Positions 60,515-64,000 of a DNA stretch of 64,000 nucleotides are shown here, one piece after another (within the stretch, counting starts at the first letter, position 1; every line of letters starts with the position of its first letter). Below the pieces are notes generated by a model. That model saw nothing but the letters and a program-made list of their open reading frames with translations, was not told the origin of the DNA and did not search any database. A program made the position numbers and the translations under genes. Origin of the DNA: Paraspadella gotoi (taxonomy: Eukaryota > Animalia > Chaetognatha); NCBI GenBank assembly GCA_051294375.1, contig CM119270.1:5030152-5094151 (forward strand), given 5' to 3'.

Positions 60515-61836
60515 TACAAATAATAAATAAATTGATAATTGATAAACAAGTCAGCGTGTTTTGATAGAAATTAAAATAAATTCATAATAATTAATTAATT
60601 AAATCATCTGAAAGTTTTCATTTCTATCTTTTTTTAAATTTTCAACACTTTTATGACGAGGGAATAACCAATGTAATTTAAATTAAATTGAAAACGAAAA
60701 AAACACGAGGTAAACAAAAAAGGAAAGACTGACAAAGCAAAGCCTGCGCGAATTCACAGTTCCGTATCACTTAGCCCAGTGAAATATATCAATCCCCCCC
60801 CGGCCGGCCCTCCCGCAGCCTCCTCCGATTAAACCATCATTTTTTCCGCAAATTTCAATCAACTATTTTCCTTTTCAAAATAAATTTCTCACGCGAAACA
60901 TGAAAAAATTTTTGAGACGAGAATTAAAGAGATACGAAGCAAGAAAAAAGCGCGGGAAACAAAGGAGAAAAGAAAGGAAGATGGGGAGAAATAAAGGAAA
61001 ATCGATGGCAAGAAACGCAAAAAAGTGAAGGAAATTTAACACCTGAAGAACGCCAGACGAAAGAAGAAAGGAGAGAGAGTGGAGAGAGAGCTGAGGAGGG
61101 AGGAGAATAGAGGGGACACAGAGGAGAGAAGGGGACCCGAGAGGATCGATGGAAAAAGGGGTAGTTTTTGTCAAAAACCAGCAGAGATATCCTCTCCGCG
61201 ATAATCGGAACAACGGGAACAATGCTCTTCTTCTTCTTCTTCTTCTTCTCTCTCTTTCTCACTCTTCTTCCTCCCTCGCTTTAGTATGGCATGCAGGTGT
61301 GGCTCTTCAATCTCTCTTTTTTTCCCTTTTCGTCTCGAATTTCTAAAAAAAAAATTAAATTTAATTTCCTGTTTTTCCTGTTCGCAGGTCCGATAAAATA
61401 ATGAGGTTTTCGTATTAAAGTGTTTAGTGATTGTATTAACAAAGTGGGCAAAGTCTCCTTAAAAATATGTTTATAATCTTCTCTTTTTGTCTAGTAATTT
61501 GGTTTTATTTTTTTCTCTTTTTTCAATCGTCAAATTTCAGGTTGAGATTTTTGTTAATAAAAAAGTTTATGAAGGATTTCGTGCACTCTCTTTGGTTTTG
61601 ATCTTTCATGCGAAATCGTTAAGAGGATTGTCCACACACACCTCTTCCTCTCATCTCCTCCTCTTCCTCCTTCTCCTCATCTCCCACCTGCGGCCGCAAA
61701 ATTCGTCCGAGGCCAAAGAATTCAACGGAAATAGAAGAACGATAAAAAAATTGCGAATTTCTTTCTTTCGATCGATTCAGAATTGGCGGGAGAGAGGGGG
61801 ACCGAGAGAGAGAAGGAGAGAGAGAGAGAGGAGAGA

Positions 61837-61868
<32 letters not shown>

Positions 61869-62259
61869 ATTATCTATACGAGAGATGAAGAGAAGAAGAG
61901 AGAGGAAGGATCTTTTATTTCGTATTACCGACTATTTTAACTTAGGAATTGTTTTAAAATCTATTTAGCTTCACAATACGCAAAAAGTAAGTTGCTGTTG
62001 ACATTACGATAGTAAATCCGAACCATTGCCCATCATACTGTGTTTTATCCCTTCTGACATCTGAACATTGGTGGTGATTTAAGTTTTTTGTTTATTTTCC
62101 TTGTTTTGTTCTTCATTATTTCTTTTTTAACTTTTTTACACACCGGAAATTCCCATGAATTTTTTTTCAGTTTTTATTTTTATTTGTTTATTTATCTTTT
62201 TGCATCGGTGGGTCGAGGAAACGCGAAGAGAGAGAGAGAGAGAGAAGAGGGAGAGGAGA

Positions 62260-62290
<31 letters not shown>

Positions 62291-62660
62291 TAAGAGAGGG
62301 AGAGAGAGGAGGAGCGATGAAAGAACGCCTGGGAAGATCGACAAGAGTGAAAAAGAAAGATTCTCCAAAGAAAAAAGTAAGGGAATGGGGAGAAAGGCCA
62401 AGGGAAAAAGCGAAAAAGGAAAGGAAAAAAAAGAGAGGAAATAAGGGAAAAGGTAGCATGGGTAGGGGAAGAAAAATTGGTGAAGTCAGAAATAAAATAG
62501 GGTGGGTAATATTCAGTATTCCGCCGCTCAAAACTGTCTCTTTCTTTCTCTTCAGCCTTCAGATTTTTAAGATTTTACGGGATACTGGTTGAAACCGCGA
62601 CAGAGCAATGAGAGTAGAAAACTGGGAAAGGAAAGGAGAAAAAGGAGAAAAACAGGGAGA
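60515..62660 (+). repeat. Noisy duplicate copy of 58480-60489
   Basis: Anchors CAAGTCAGCGTGTT, GAGGATCGATGGAAAA and TTCAGTATTCCGCCGCTCAAA occur in both copies; the duplicate starts immediately after an N gap. Confidence 0.88.
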
Positions 62661-63611
62661 AAGATGAAAAAAGTGGCGCATTTATAGGGTAAGAGCGAGA
62701 ACAAAAGGCTTCACAGATCGCGTCTTCAAAATCTTTTCAAAACCTTAGAGAATACGCGACGAAATAGCACATAATTTTGTACGGGTGACTGGCAACGACA
62801 TTTCTCTTTGACACGAATACAACTTATTTTTTCTTTATGTGACGGCACGGTCTATTTTTTTATAGCGAGACGCCCATGGTCCTTTATGGGACATTAAGGC
62901 GTGCAACAATAGCGAAGAAAATGCCCCGCGCCCTACCATATCTTACGTAGCCTCTGGCCCCATGCAAGATGGCCTCACCCTTTGTATTCATTGATGGGGC
63001 CAGTCGAATCAATTGACGTCATAGGATTGAAATATCTGTCTCTCTATCTCTGTTACTCGTCTCTCGTCTCTCTCTCGCTCTACTCATCTCTCTCTTGTCC
63101 TTCTTCTCTCTCTCTCTCTCTCTCTCTCTCATCTGCATCGATCCTCAACAACATTTTTCACGCCAAAAAAAAAAAGTTTTGTTCGCGCGCATCATGCGAA
63201 CGTCAATCGCATAACCGCGGCCTTCTCGTGCGGAAGAATAAAAGGAGGAGGAAGGAGGAGGAGGAGGAGGAAGAGGAAGAGGAGGAGGTCACCGTATCAA
63301 CAGCATGTTCAGAAACTTTAATAATCTTTCTCTTTTTTCTTTCGGAAGAGGGGGGCGGGAATTAGGGGGGAGGGAGGGGAGAGCAAAGGTGCGGCGCTCG
63401 GAAGAATTCTCGCTTCGATGGAATTAAGCGGAAAAAAAAAATACAAAAGGATCGAAGACTAAGCTCTGAATATTGAAGGAGAGAGAGAAGAGAGGGGAGA
63501 GAGAGAGAGAGAGAAGAGAAGAGAGAGAGAGAGAGAGAGAGGAGAGAGGAGAGACGAGAGAGAAGAGAAAATTGGTGGTTGAAATGCGGGAAAATCGAAG
63601 AAAACAAAAGG

Positions 63612-63653
<42 letters not shown>

Positions 63654-63795
63654 GAGAGAGAGAGAGAGAAGAAGAGGACAGAGACAGTGAGTACGTTGGG
63701 GCCTTCCGCGCCCCCGATAGTCTCTTGAGCCGAAATTCAAGATTTTGTTTGAGAAACACAAAAGACTTTTTATTCATCTTTTTGTTACAAATGTA

Positions 63796-63833
<38 letters not shown>

Positions 63834-64000
63834 CCGACAAAATTGGGAGGAAAAAAGGAAAAAAATATCGACGAAAAATACGAAGAAAGAAATTAAATCA
63901 AATTTAGTTTTCTTCTTTAGCGAAGAAAATTTGACCGATTTCGGGACGGGAGAGGAGCAGAGAGAGAGAGATGAGAGTAGAGGAGAGAGTGAGAGAGAGA

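Overview
Eukaryotic (invertebrate-animal-like) genomic DNA from a draft hybrid assembly: AT-rich introns and intergenic DNA, GC3-rich exons, very abundant (AG)n, (AAAG)n and (GAC)n microsatellites, and many N gaps. Nearly all ORF-track entries are microsatellite or gap artefacts. By reading splice sites I could rebuild three spliced genes: the 3' five exons of an MFSD8/CLN7-like MFS transporter (+, 716-5717), a complete 3-exon profilin (-, 7688-6641, 139 aa) and a complete 4-exon METTL27/WBSCR27-like SAM methyltransferase (-, 42166-40359, 215 aa). The MFS introns are packed with TIR/foldback elements and contain a near-perfect 68-nt hairpin. A ~5.8 kb minus-strand LTR retroelement (10604-16394) has two ~880-bp LTRs, a tRNA-Lys-type PBS, a PPT, U3 tandem repeats and no pol motif that I can recognise. 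A second copy of the same locus at ~27760 shows the empty insertion site. A tRNA-derived SINE sits in methyltransferase intron 1. Much of 16-38 kb and 44-63 kb is duplicated as noisy versus clean copies, most likely haplotype or gap-filling redundancy rather than real duplication. I see no CRISPR array, rRNA or intact tRNA gene.
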